Assembly (NCBI GenBank): GCA_044224875.1
Contig: JBGAJQ010000012.1
Location: forward strand, 39,564-103,563
Direction of reading: 5' to 3'
Source: Gemmatimonadaceae bacterium
Lineage (GTDB): Bacteria; Gemmatimonadota; Gemmatimonadetes; Gemmatimonadales; Gemmatimonadaceae
DNA: 64,000 bases
Below, piece after piece: positions 11,701-20,220 of the stretch; position 1 is the first letter of the stretch; each line of letters starts with the position of its first letter. The notes under the pieces were generated by a model. The model was not told the origin of the DNA, made no database searches, and worked only from the letters and a program-made list of their open reading frames with translations. The position numbers and the translations under genes are program-made.

Positions 11701-13519
11701 CGTGCTGCGTGCGTTGTACGAGGAAGGTGGGATCTGGTACGGTGGTACGCGGTGGGAGTGGCGCGCCGTCAACGAGTTGGCCTTGCCGTCGGCGATTGGC
11801 GAAGTGCTGGAACGCCGCTTGGATCGCCTGTCGCCAGGGTCCCGGCACATTCTCGCGGCCGCTGCGGTCCTTGGGCCATCGTTCGATGTCGAGTTGCTCC
11901 TGGCGGCGGCGGCAGCCACCGAGACGCAGGTCCGGGCCGCCCTCGACGAAGGCGTCGCGGCGGCGGTGGTGGAGGCGGGCGATGGAGCGCGCACGGGCCG
12001 ATTCTCGTTCACGCACGCGTTGCTCGCCGATGCCTGTCGCCGCTCGATCCCTGAGCGCCAGCGACAGCGCATGCACGACGTCGCTGCCCGCATGCTCGAA
12101 CTGCGGGCACCAACCGCCGTGAGTGAGATTGCCGCGCACTACCACGCTGCCGGCAACGACGTCAACGCGTACCGGTACGCCGTGCTCGCCGCCACGCGAG
12201 CCGCGTCCGTGTACGCGCATGACGAAGCCTTGGCCTGCCTCGCGATTGCCCAGCGACACGCCCCATCGCCGGCCGACCTCGCGGAAATCCGCGGCCAGCT
12301 GGCTGAACTTGCCGAGGCGGCTGGTCGTTACGACTACGCGGAAGAGATGTGTGACCTGGCACTCGACTGGTTGGCGGCCAACGCCCCGCCCATCGAGCAG
12401 GTTCCGCTGCGGCGACTCCGCGAGCTGGTTCGCATGCACCGTGGACGCGCACCGCAGCGATCGATCGACGAGTTGCAGCTGATGTCGGCGCTCGTGGAGG
12501 CGTCAGCCAGCCACGAAGGTTCCGCATCGATCTCCGTGGCGCTCGCGGGCTGCTATGGCGCCCTGGCCAACTGGCCGCTGGCAGAACGGATGGCGCATCG
12601 CGCGCTGGAGTCGGCGCAGGCACAGCCCGACCCGCGCTGGGAGGGTGAGGCCTCGTTGCAGCTGGGAGCGGCACGTGCCTACCTCACGCCCTCCGAAGCG
12701 CTCGTCTTCCTGCGCGACGCCGAGCACGTGTTCCAGACGATTGGTGACCTCCGTGGGGAGGGGCTTGCCGGCGCGGCGAGCGGATCCACGCTCGCCGCGA
12801 TGGGGAAGCTGCACGAGGCCCATGAGACACTCACCCGAGCGGTTGATGCCGGGCGCTCTTCGCACAGCGCGAGCGTCTCGGCCCTTGCGGCGCTTGGAAT
12901 GGCTAACGTCTCCCTGCGTCGTGGCGAGTTCGACCTGGCCAACGATTGGCTGGGTGATGCCAGTCGGCTATACGCCGCGCTCCGTGACGAACCCGGACGC
13001 GTCGACGCCGCGCTCCTGCGGGCCCACCTGCTGCTGGAAGAGGGTTCGCTGGATGAGGCTGGAGAGGCCTATCACTCGGTCGCCGCGCGCGCGGTCGACC
13101 TGGGAGTCCCATGGATTGAGCTGACGGCACATGCGGGAGCCGCGCTCTGCATGCCGTCTGGCCGCCTGAGTGAACGAGACTCCCGGTGGAAGCGGATCAA
13201 CGAACTACTCAGCAGCTCCCCGGCCGAGTGGTGGTTCCCCGGTCGCGAGCGGGTCGATGCCCTGGCCGTGCGCATGGCGCTCACCGCCGGACATCTCTCG
13301 GTCGCGTTCGGACTCTTCGAGCGTGCGGTGGCGCTCTCCGAGAATCGCGACACGTGGGCCGCATGTTGGCTGGTGGCGCAGGTCGCGCAGCCACTGGTTG
13401 ATGCCGGCTTGCCAGCCGCCCGCGCGAGCATCCTGGTCGCGGCCCGTCGCGCGCGAGAACATGACTTCCTGCCCTTGGCCCAGCGATTGTCACCGCAGGT
13501 CGCCCCGGGCTCAGCCTGA
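8774..13519 (+). CDS. Multidomain TPR / HD-GYP / GGDEF (degenerate GEDEF) / STAND AAA ATPase / TPR signalling protein
   Basis: N-terminal TPR helices; HCDRV, LLHDIGK, HHECWDGSGYP, ADVFDAL (HD-GYP); DVDHFRLINDAYG and RAGDVVGRRGEDEF (GGDEF); Walker A GEAGIGKS and Walker B LVIEDAHWAD; C-terminal TPRs. Confidence 0.9.
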   Translation: MTDTVRPANDASAADARRLASPANAATIESLIEQGRLAEARGQRDSARELYERALHLLDPSTGGELSASLWLGIGRTHFDADNHTAALDCVESVLALPTSSISHAAIASALELRGRVRWAQGNLEDAQNDFLGSRQRALAGGQTGQAAAGSANLAALALIRGEFSAALLLYETSLAEYRTLGDDASIAMVLGQLAPLYADLRRWNAAEQAFAEAMQLATAHSDARALLRLELARAEMAIGRFNYERAGASCARALELAKKLEPQSGSHAHALALNGVVARELGDLPRAERLLDQAERMALDADDLLVAAETAREKADLFGRLDRHQHTLLALNKAYRLLSQMRGRRTLLQIARRLHRLEEGFVDVVRRWAQRIESKDHATAGHCDRVAEWTTALARRMGVDGTTLFWYRVGALLHDIGKLAIPAAVLNKAGRLSADEWALVKRHPTLGAEMLTDVDFPWEVRPIVESHHECWDGSGYPHGLSGNQIPLAARIFHVADVFDALITRRSFKQALSPEEAIDVMRKDVGRQFDPAVFKAFEELVQERGASAMAAPSVRDAIHVIDDTLTAVPDRRSFFQTARETLAARRGTARSVSMLAVDVDHFRLINDAYGRLQGDDLLWALAKVLQRGVRAGDVVGRRGEDEFLVLLPDASPKVANEVAERLRAAAEAMRCVRRDAPDETIALTISIGIANAPADGDTAETLAAGADRALFRAKRAGRNRVVADEHEATEGIGARLSLDHFVGREEEVRQLVTLLDSAGRADPQFVTIVGEAGIGKSALLRQLDPEVRLRGAAVVVGQCADGEIKSPLAPWVSIIERLHERGAVPSREWLALSQLIPALRLPGLEPATAPTSSQLIDEIVRYVQLATRAHPLVLVIEDAHWADSATWDALEALAGAVQRERLLVCLTMRAEEARAVADRRKRLGQRRPVQQLSLQRLSVDDLRRWVQAAFHDGALGDEFPAFLYEYTEGIPLYIIHVLRALYEEGGIWYGGTRWEWRAVNELALPSAIGEVLERRLDRLSPGSRHILAAAAVLGPSFDVELLLAAAAATETQVRAALDEGVAAAVVEAGDGARTGRFSFTHALLADACRRSIPERQRQRMHDVAARMLELRAPTAVSEIAAHYHAAGNDVNAYRYAVLAATRAASVYAHDEALACLAIAQRHAPSPADLAEIRGQLAELAEAAGRYDYAEEMCDLALDWLAANAPPIEQVPLRRLRELVRMHRGRAPQRSIDELQLMSALVEASASHEGSASISVALAGCYGALANWPLAERMAHRALESAQAQPDPRWEGEASLQLGAARAYLTPSEALVFLRDAEHVFQTIGDLRGEGLAGAASGSTLAAMGKLHEAHETLTRAVDAGRSSHSASVSALAALGMANVSLRRGEFDLANDWLGDASRLYAALRDEPGRVDAALLRAHLLLEEGSLDEAGEAYHSVAARAVDLGVPWIELTAHAGAALCMPSGRLSERDSRWKRINELLSSSPAEWWFPGRERVDALAVRMALTAGHLSVAFGLFERAVALSENRDTWAACWLVAQVAQPLVDAGLPAARASILVAARRAREHDFLPLAQRLSPQVAPGSA

Positions 13520-13521
13520 GC

Positions 13522-13560
13522 GCGTGGGCGGCGACGTCAACTGCGTGTCGCCACCAACGC
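13522..13560. terminator. Hairpin directly after the stop of the STAND gene, between convergent genes
   Basis: GCGTGGGCGGCGAC (13522-13535) pairs with GTCGCCACCAACGC (13547-13560) at 12/14 positions; no strong U-tract. Confidence 0.4.
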
Positions 13561-13712
13561 TCCCATCCCGCGCTGCTGCTTCAACTTTCTAAACAGGCTT
13601 CGCACCCAGGAGAGAACCCCCTCCTGAGCTGTTGGAGACTCGGATTCGGACGGCGCGAGCAGTCAGCAACCGGAGCCAGGCCCGGAGTCAACTGCCCGAA
13701 CTGGCCCGTCAC

Positions 13713-16700
13713 CTAACCAGAAAGCCACTCCAGCATCTTTCGACGCACGCGCTCGCTCTCGAAGTAATGCGTGTGTGACACGCCGTCGCTCCCTTCGAGG
13801 AGCAGCCGCTCTTCGATCGGGAAGTAGGCCGATCCGTTTTCCTTGAACACGCCATTCGTGGGAACGACCAGGTCGTTCGGACCGCCAGGATCGTTAGGCC
13901 CGGCCATCAGCTTGTTCAACCCCTTCGTCACGAGCAGTCGGCGCAACCCCGGGTCGGTCGGCTTCGCATCCGATGTAATCGCGAAATACTTCGTCTCCCC
14001 GCGACTGCCGCCCGCGTTCATGCGTGTGAGGAACTCGCCCCCCGGGTACATGGACTGCAGGCCATCCAGACCCGAGAGCGAACCTACCGCCAGCTGCTTC
14101 ACCACACCGAGGACGAGCGTGAGAATGTCGGTGACGCCGGGAATGAGATCGAGCACGTTCGTCAGCACATCGATCAGGTCGCCGAGCTTCTGGGGGTTGG
14201 CCAACGGCGTGCCGGCGTTTGGCGCCCCGACGAACACCACACGCCCCACGCGCAGCGTCCGCCCTTTCAGCTCGAACTCGGCCAGGCGCTCGGCAATCAT
14301 GCGGCTCACCAGCCCGCCGCGCGAGTGACACACCACGTCCACGTCCAAGGCCGTGCCGTCCGGAATGCTCTCGATCAGGCGCTTCACGTTCTCACGCGGG
14401 TCATGCGACAGGGTGAAGTGATCGTACGCAAAGACACGCCCGCCGTACCGTTGGTGCAGCTCCGCCATGTAGTCCACCGGCAACTGGCTAAAGGCGAGAT
14501 GCGATCGACTGAAGGTGCCATGCACGAATAGCAGGGCGCGCCCGCTAGCCAGTCGTTTCCAGTCATCGCCCTCGATCACCCGCGCAGCGTTCCCAGCGAA
14601 GTCGTCCGGTTGAAACGCGCGCACGCGATAGGGTGCTCGCTTCTTCTCCATGGCGTTGACGAACGACGCCCCCACCTCGCCGAGGACCGGGTCGATCAGT
14701 GGGAACACGAGTTCCTTGAGTACCTTCTTCCCCGCAGCGCCCAGCAGTCCTCGTGAGCCTGCCGGGGCATCGGCGGGTACAGATTGCGGGACGAGGTACG
14801 ACCGTTTGGAGGGAGCCGCACTCGTTCCACGCGTGCCACCACTCGCCGCGAGGTGCCAGGACACGACACCGAGTTCGTCGGTGGCCATCACGAGTTGGCC
14901 AAATCCCTCCGGTGGCGCGTTCAGCTGCAGCTCCATCGCGGGTTGGTCGCCCAGGCTGCGCGCCGCCACGCCGCTCTCTCGAGCGCCACGAATCTCGATC
15001 GTCTGGCCGTCGGCAATGCCGGAGGCCTCGAGCGCGTCGCGTAGTTCCGGCTTGATTAACGCCTTCGCTACCTCGTGGCCCTTGGAGCCAAAGTGTGTGG
15101 CGGCCGTTCCAGTCAGCCCCGAGGCCACAAGTGTTGCAGCTCCCAAACTGACCGCGGCGGCCGTTCCCGGCAGGGACTGCGTCGTCCGCCGCCGCACCAC
15201 GAAGGAACGGGTGACCGTGGTCCAGTCGCCATCCGCCGGTTCGTTGCGGCCCAAGTCACGGGTTCCATGCCCCTGAAAGACGCCATTGAACAATGCGCCG
15301 AGCGAGGTGGTCCCGACGCCGCGTGTACCGGCCTGCTGCAACAGGGAAAAGTCTGCCTCCTGTTCGGTGACGAACAGCTTCACCGACTCCACGGCTTGTC
15401 CTTCGAGTGCGGGGTCTTGTCCGGGCACGAAGGGAAAGCCCTTTGGCCAGCGCGCATAGAACAGGTCCGACTTCTTGGTCTCGTAGTCGAACTGAATGCC
15501 AGGTTCCAGCTTCCGCTGTGTCCGTGACTCCCGGTAGGGCAGCGCGAGCGCCACCGCTCCCGATAGGCCAAAGTCCACGAGGCTGATGAACACCGGTTTG
15601 TCGTGATTGCTCGCGATGCGAAAGACCACGACTTCGTCCTGGTCGTAGACCACCTGTCCGCCGGCCGTAGCGTCCGGCTGCGCCGCTGTGAGCCCGCCAG
15701 ATGCATCCATTCGCATTAACGTCAGCTCGAACTTTCCCCGGAGCGCGCTGTCGAGGTTTGTGTTCTCGAACGCCAAGGCGCGCCGGTAGCGTGAGGTGCC
15801 CTCGAGATTGTCGCGGATGACCTGCGTCTCGCTGACCTTCTTCAACGGCATCAGGAACGTGCCCGTTTCGGACGTGAATGCCCACATGGGCTCGCGAAGT
15901 ACGCCGGCCTCGCGCACCAGGTCGTCCGGCCCGACGACGGTGCGTGCCGGGATGAGCCGACCGGTTACGGCATCGGCGGATTCCGTTATCTCCAGGAGCG
16001 GCGAGGCCGAGAGTGCGGCGCGAAGCACCCGCAGCGACTCCTCACCGTCGGCGCCCGCCACCAACCGCACCGGCAGGCGCATGTCGGCGTGCACATGCGA
16101 CGTCTCCACGGCCCGCGTGTCCACCGCGATCGCGCCGACCCCCGACTCCTTCGTCACACGGCCTTCGCTGGAAACAACGCCCACACTCGTCAGCTCAATC
16201 GTGCCCACCAGCGACTCGGCGGTGGCGAGTTTGGTGGCCTGTGCATGCACGTCGTACGTCGAGCCGATCGTCATGCCGTGGGCGGCGCCAGCGGCCAGCG
16301 TCACCACGTCGTCCGTGCGTCCGAGCACACGCACAAAGCGCATCGGTTCGATGTCACGCACGCCAAGCACTTCGCGGTCGGCCTTCCCTTCCATTTGCGG
16401 ATGCTGGCTCGGCGCATAGGCGGTCACCCGGGCCGAGGCACGCTCGAAGACGTCACGGTACGTCGCCCCCGGCGTCACCTTCCGAAGCTCCTGCGCCAGG
16501 AAGTAGGTCAGCGCCCCGTGCGGTACCCTTCCCTCCGCCTCGGACGTCGTGTACTCGAACGATGTTTCGTCGTCCCGACACCCGGCGATCATGACGTACT
16601 TGTCCGCGATCGGCATCCACCCGCTCGGTCCCGCTTCCCCCCGCGTGACGATTGGCACGGGCTGCCGGAACTTCAGCAGTTCCTCGCGCGGCCGCGTGTC

Positions 16701-17210
16701 GGGAGGAAGGGAACGCGCCCTGGGAGCGCCCGTATCCCGGGTGATCGTCCCGGAGTGACAGCAGTCGAAGATGAGGGTGATGAACGTTGTTCGGGCGCCT
16801 AACGCTTCGAGCTTGAGGGCGATCTCATCGTCGGTAATGTCGCGATTCTGACCCTGCCAGCCCGCGCTATCGTGGGGGACCATCGTACTGTCGCGTCCCG
16901 ATGGCTCGTCACCCTCCATGTCCGTGACTTGCGATCCGTGCCCGGCGTAGTGCAGCACGACCACGTCGTCTTTCCCTGTCGCGGCGATGAGCGCGTCCAG
17001 CGCCTCCAGGATCCGATCGCGGGTGGCATCGGCATTCGTCAGGAGTGCCATCTGCTCTCGCGGGAACCCGTACTGCTCGGCGAGAACCTCCTGCAACAGC
17101 TTTACGTCGTTGACGCACCCGTTGAGTTGGCGCTCGGGCGGCCACAGCGGATACTGGTCGATACCGATCGAGAGGAGTCGCTTGACTGTGCCGCCGTCTG
17201 TTGGACTCAT
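13713..17210 (-). CDS. Metacaspase (peptidase C14) fused to a DUF4384-like middle region and C-terminal alpha/beta hydrolase (lipase-like)
   Basis: LSIGIDQY, LNGCVND, HYAGHG and DCCHSG catalytic dyad, AGCRDDETSFE, HGALTY; C-terminal FVHGTFS, VCHSRGG (Ser), NDLVVP (Asp), SHTHYF (His). Alternative GTG start 17246. Confidence 0.88.
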   Translation of the reverse strand: MSPTDGGTVKRLLSIGIDQYPLWPPERQLNGCVNDVKLLQEVLAEQYGFPREQMALLTNADATRDRILEALDALIAATGKDDVVVLHYAGHGSQVTDMEGDEPSGRDSTMVPHDSAGWQGQNRDITDDEIALKLEALGARTTFITLIFDCCHSGTITRDTGAPRARSLPPDTRPREELLKFRQPVPIVTRGEAGPSGWMPIADKYVMIAGCRDDETSFEYTTSEAEGRVPHGALTYFLAQELRKVTPGATYRDVFERASARVTAYAPSQHPQMEGKADREVLGVRDIEPMRFVRVLGRTDDVVTLAAGAAHGMTIGSTYDVHAQATKLATAESLVGTIELTSVGVVSSEGRVTKESGVGAIAVDTRAVETSHVHADMRLPVRLVAGADGEESLRVLRAALSASPLLEITESADAVTGRLIPARTVVGPDDLVREAGVLREPMWAFTSETGTFLMPLKKVSETQVIRDNLEGTSRYRRALAFENTNLDSALRGKFELTLMRMDASGGLTAAQPDATAGGQVVYDQDEVVVFRIASNHDKPVFISLVDFGLSGAVALALPYRESRTQRKLEPGIQFDYETKKSDLFYARWPKGFPFVPGQDPALEGQAVESVKLFVTEQEADFSLLQQAGTRGVGTTSLGALFNGVFQGHGTRDLGRNEPADGDWTTVTRSFVVRRRTTQSLPGTAAAVSLGAATLVASGLTGTAATHFGSKGHEVAKALIKPELRDALEASGIADGQTIEIRGARESGVAARSLGDQPAMELQLNAPPEGFGQLVMATDELGVVSWHLAASGGTRGTSAAPSKRSYLVPQSVPADAPAGSRGLLGAAGKKVLKELVFPLIDPVLGEVGASFVNAMEKKRAPYRVRAFQPDDFAGNAARVIEGDDWKRLASGRALLFVHGTFSRSHLAFSQLPVDYMAELHQRYGGRVFAYDHFTLSHDPRENVKRLIESIPDGTALDVDVVCHSRGGLVSRMIAERLAEFELKGRTLRVGRVVFVGAPNAGTPLANPQKLGDLIDVLTNVLDLIPGVTDILTLVLGVVKQLAVGSLSGLDGLQSMYPGGEFLTRMNAGGSRGETKYFAITSDAKPTDPGLRRLLVTKGLNKLMAGPNDPGGPNDLVVPTNGVFKENGSAYFPIEERLLLEGSDGVSHTHYFESERVRRKMLEWLSG

Positions 17211-17367
17211 GTCGCTTCGCTGAGAAGAGGAGACCTGTTCACGCACGTCTCACGGCTGGACGTGATGCAACGCGTGAGCGTGGAGTCGCGCGTGAAACGT
17301 CGTCGCGTACGCCGCGGTGGTCAACACACCCGCGGGTATCACGAGGACGCGCTCGGAAAGCGCCATG

Positions 17368-17400
17368 AAATAGAACGAGGGGCCGATGATCGGCCCCTCG
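17368..17400 (-). terminator. Rho-independent terminator of the sulfur operon
   Basis: 12-bp inverted repeat CGAGGGGCCGAT/ATCGGCCCCTCG (17376-17400) followed on the minus strand by TTCTATTT, about 24 bp after the FadL-like stop. Confidence 0.75.
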
Positions 17401-17423
17401 CCTGTCATCTCACGGCGTAGCGA

Positions 17424-18856
17424 CTACTTCCACACCGCGCCAAACGTCAATACCCACTGCTGCATGGTGGTGTAGCTGTTCTGGTATTCGGCGCCCAGCA
17501 GGTGACTCGCGTTCGCGCCGGTGACGTGCGCGTTGAGTGCGTGCACGAGCGACACCTCAAATGGCACACCGAGCAGGTTGAAGCCGGTACCCGCCGTCAC
17601 AGCCTGCTCGCTGATCGCCGGGAATGCGATGAACACCGTGTTATTCGGGACCGGGTTGCTCCCACGCAGGTAGCCAGCGCGGAAGGTCGTTCCTTCGCTT
17701 GCCTTGTACTCGACCCCGAACTTGCCACTCCAGGTGTCCTTCCAATGGAGCGGGAACGGATACGTGAAGTTCGCATTCGTCGGGTCGCCGTTCACGAGGA
17801 TGTTCACATTGGCGTTGTTCCCGTTCGTCAGGATGAACGGCATGACGGATTCCGCCGCCTTCCAGTTCATCCACACACCTTCCGCCCCAAGTCGCCAACG
17901 CGGGCTCAGCTTAAGTGACATCCCGGCTCCGGCCGTTTGCGGTTCGGACAGTTCGGTCGCCGCGTGGTATGTTGATTTCGCTCCGAGCGCGAGGTTCATC
18001 CCGGCGCTGCTGAGTGCCTGCCCACCAACACCCCGAACATGGCCTCGAACTGTCGGTTCATGTCGATGATTGCGGTCGCGCCATCGAGTGAGATCTTCGA
18101 CCTTGGGCTCCACGATGCACTCACGCGGAATGCCTCGTTGACCTTCCACGCGGCACCGAGGCTGGCTCCGTAACCCCACCCACTGAAGTCATAGGAGTCC
18201 CCGAACGCCGTCAGCTCTGTCACGTTGGCGAACATGGCTGGGTAGTGCGGGTCCATCTGGAGGATGGCACCCATTCCGGCCGCCGACGTGGGTGGCATGG
18301 TGAAGGGCATGCGGAAGTCGCGAATCTGCGCGTACGTCGCATACCCGCTCAGGCCGACCGTGAAACCCGGCGCGACCTCGTAGGCCAGCGCGGGCCCCAT
18401 CTTCATGGCCGCGAAGAAGCTTTCGTAGTCCTGGTTCGCGCCTAACAGCGCGTGCTGCAGCTTGAAATCGGATCCAAAGCCGCCGATCGGCTCCATCCCG
18501 ACGGCCCAGGAGATTCGAGGACTGATCTTCTTGCCAACATATGCGAACGAACCGAGCGGGTACGCATGCCGAGCTCCGTCGGTCGTGCTCGCGTTGATGC
18601 TGTTGCGGAACGTAAGACTTGGCGCAAACGCCGAGAGATTGGCCTCGAGTGCGGGCCGTTGAAACCAGCTGATCGCCGCTGGATCGCGGAACAGGTCCGT
18701 TGGTACGTCGTCACGTGCGCGCGTCACGCAGCCCTGTCCGGCCGCGCGCGCTGAGAGACAATGCAGCACATAGCCATTCGTCTGGCCCCGCATCTCTGTC
18801 GAAAGCATGACGCCGGCCAGCGCGACTACTGCGCTCACATACCGTGTCGTCTTCAT
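17424..18856 (-). pseudogene. FadL/OmpP1-like outer-membrane channel split by a frameshift near 18015-18030
   Basis: N-half 17996-18856 has a signal peptide, DLFRDPAAI and IGGFGSDF; C-half in another frame has WMNW, PLHWKD, FRAGYLRGSNPVP and a terminal beta-strand ...LTFGAVWK. Confidence 0.75.
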
Positions 18857-18872
18857 ATCTACCTCGCGTCAA

Positions 18873-19391
18873 TCAGATGAAGATCACCTGTGCGCCTTCG
18901 GACTCTTCGAAAAAGTCCATGGCGGTGATCACGTCCTGCACCTGTGGAATGAGCTCCTCACGCTTGATGTCCATCATTTCCATCGCCATCTGGCACGCGT
19001 AGATCTCCGCCCCCGAGTCGCTGAGCGTCACGAGCAGCTCGCGCACTGTGGGTACGTCGATCTCTTCGATCTTTTTCTTCATCATGCGCGTGGCCAGACT
19101 TTCCATGCCCGGCAGGCCGGCGATCATGGCCGGCATGTGCGTTCCGGGATTCCCGACGACGCCCGCGTGCAACTTGTCCACCGTCGCCTCGCGAATGATG
19201 TCCATGCCCCAGAACGTGAAGAACAACACGGCGTCGATGCCCATCATCCGGGCGGCGTTGGCCAGGATGAGCCCCGGATACGCCATGTCCAAACTCCCTT
19301 TCGAGCAAATGATCGCGACCTTGCGATTCGTCTCGGGTACGCCGTTCGTTGCACCTACCGGCGCGCCCACGGTCTCCAGTACACTCTTCAT
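18873..19391 (-). CDS. DsrE/DsrF/DsrH-like (DsrE2-type) sulfur transferase
   Basis: KVAIICSKGSLDMAYPGLILANAA, LFFTFWG, IYACQMAM, AQVIFI. Confidence 0.85.
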   Translation of the reverse strand: MKSVLETVGAPVGATNGVPETNRKVAIICSKGSLDMAYPGLILANAARMMGIDAVLFFTFWGMDIIREATVDKLHAGVVGNPGTHMPAMIAGLPGMESLATRMMKKKIEEIDVPTVRELLVTLSDSGAEIYACQMAMEMMDIKREELIPQVQDVITAMDFFEESEGAQVIFI

Positions 19392-19432
19392 GTCGTCAGC
19401 CTCCTGTGGGAACCGGATTCACCGGTTAGTCG

Positions 19433-19747
19433 TCAGACGCAACTCTTTGGCTTCGTTAGACCCGACACCTTGGCTGCCAGAATTCCGGGCCCCTTCGGGA
19501 AGAGCTGGTACAGCTCCTTGGTGGGGATTCCGGACGCGCTCGTGATCCGTCGCAGTCCTGGAGCCGTCCCCTTCTCGGCGGCGTCGCGGCGGCAGAACTC
19601 GATCACTTTCCAATGCCGCTCGGTGAGCGTGATCCCGGCTTGTCGTGCAATTTCCTCGGCAATGTCCGGTGTCCATTCCTGGGGATCGATCATGAAGCCG
19701 TCGTCATTCAGCTTCACCTCGTGCCCTGCGATCATTGCGGTGGTCAT
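19433..19747 (-). CDS. tusE: TusE/DsrC family sulfur relay protein (single C-terminal Cys, TusE-type)
   Basis: DDGFM...EWT...LTERHWKVI, LYQLFPKGPG, GLTKPKSCV; GGAGGAG RBS. Confidence 0.9.
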   Translation of the reverse strand: MTTAMIAGHEVKLNDDGFMIDPQEWTPDIAEEIARQAGITLTERHWKVIEFCRRDAAEKGTAPGLRRITSASGIPTKELYQLFPKGPGILAAKVSGLTKPKSCV

Positions 19748-19789
19748 ATCTCCTCCCGTGCATCCGGCATATGGCCGGCTCATGTCGAG

Positions 19790-20218
19790 TCAGCGTCCGG
19801 CCGCGTTGGTACTCGTGGCGGACTTCCCGATCAGGTGAAGTGCTGTCAGCAGCAACGCCAGTCCCTTGCGCGCTTCCGGTGCTCGCATGCGCCGGAAGAG
19901 CTCTCGCCATCCGGGGGCAGGCGCGCGACGGACCAGTTCGAGTTCGCTCTTGGCATCAGCGAGCCACGCCTTCGCTCCGGACTTGCTGAGTGCGTCGAAC
20001 TTGCCGATCGCCAACAGCATCGCGTCATTCACGACCGGCATCATGTCAACAACGAGTTCTTCGAGTTCTTCCCGGCGCGCGTCCAGCGCTCGCAGCATCT
20101 GCGTCTGCTCGGCCAGCGCCTTGTCTTGTCTGGCCAGGGCGCGTCGCAGCTCCTCCCAATCCAGTGGTGAGGGCGCCGGGGACTCGACCAGTGCGGTGCG
20201 TTCCATCACGGCGGTCAT
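19790..20218 (-). CDS. DUF1641-like helical protein
   Basis: Coiled-coil N-terminus, ELEELVVDMMPV, GWRELFRRMRAPEARKGL; position between sqr and tusE. Confidence 0.6.
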   Translation of the reverse strand: MTAVMERTALVESPAPSPLDWEELRRALARQDKALAEQTQMLRALDARREELEELVVDMMPVVNDAMLLAIGKFDALSKSGAKAWLADAKSELELVRRAPAPGWRELFRRMRAPEARKGLALLLTALHLIGKSATSTNAAGR

Positions 20219-20220
20219 CG

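Noticed and set aside
13575..13700. Structured intergenic RNA or c-di-GMP riboswitch between the STAND and caspase genes
   Set aside because: Hairpins exist (CAGGAG/CTCCTG within AACAG...CTGTT), but they lie 3' of both genes and lack recognisable riboswitch consensus; most likely terminator-type structure
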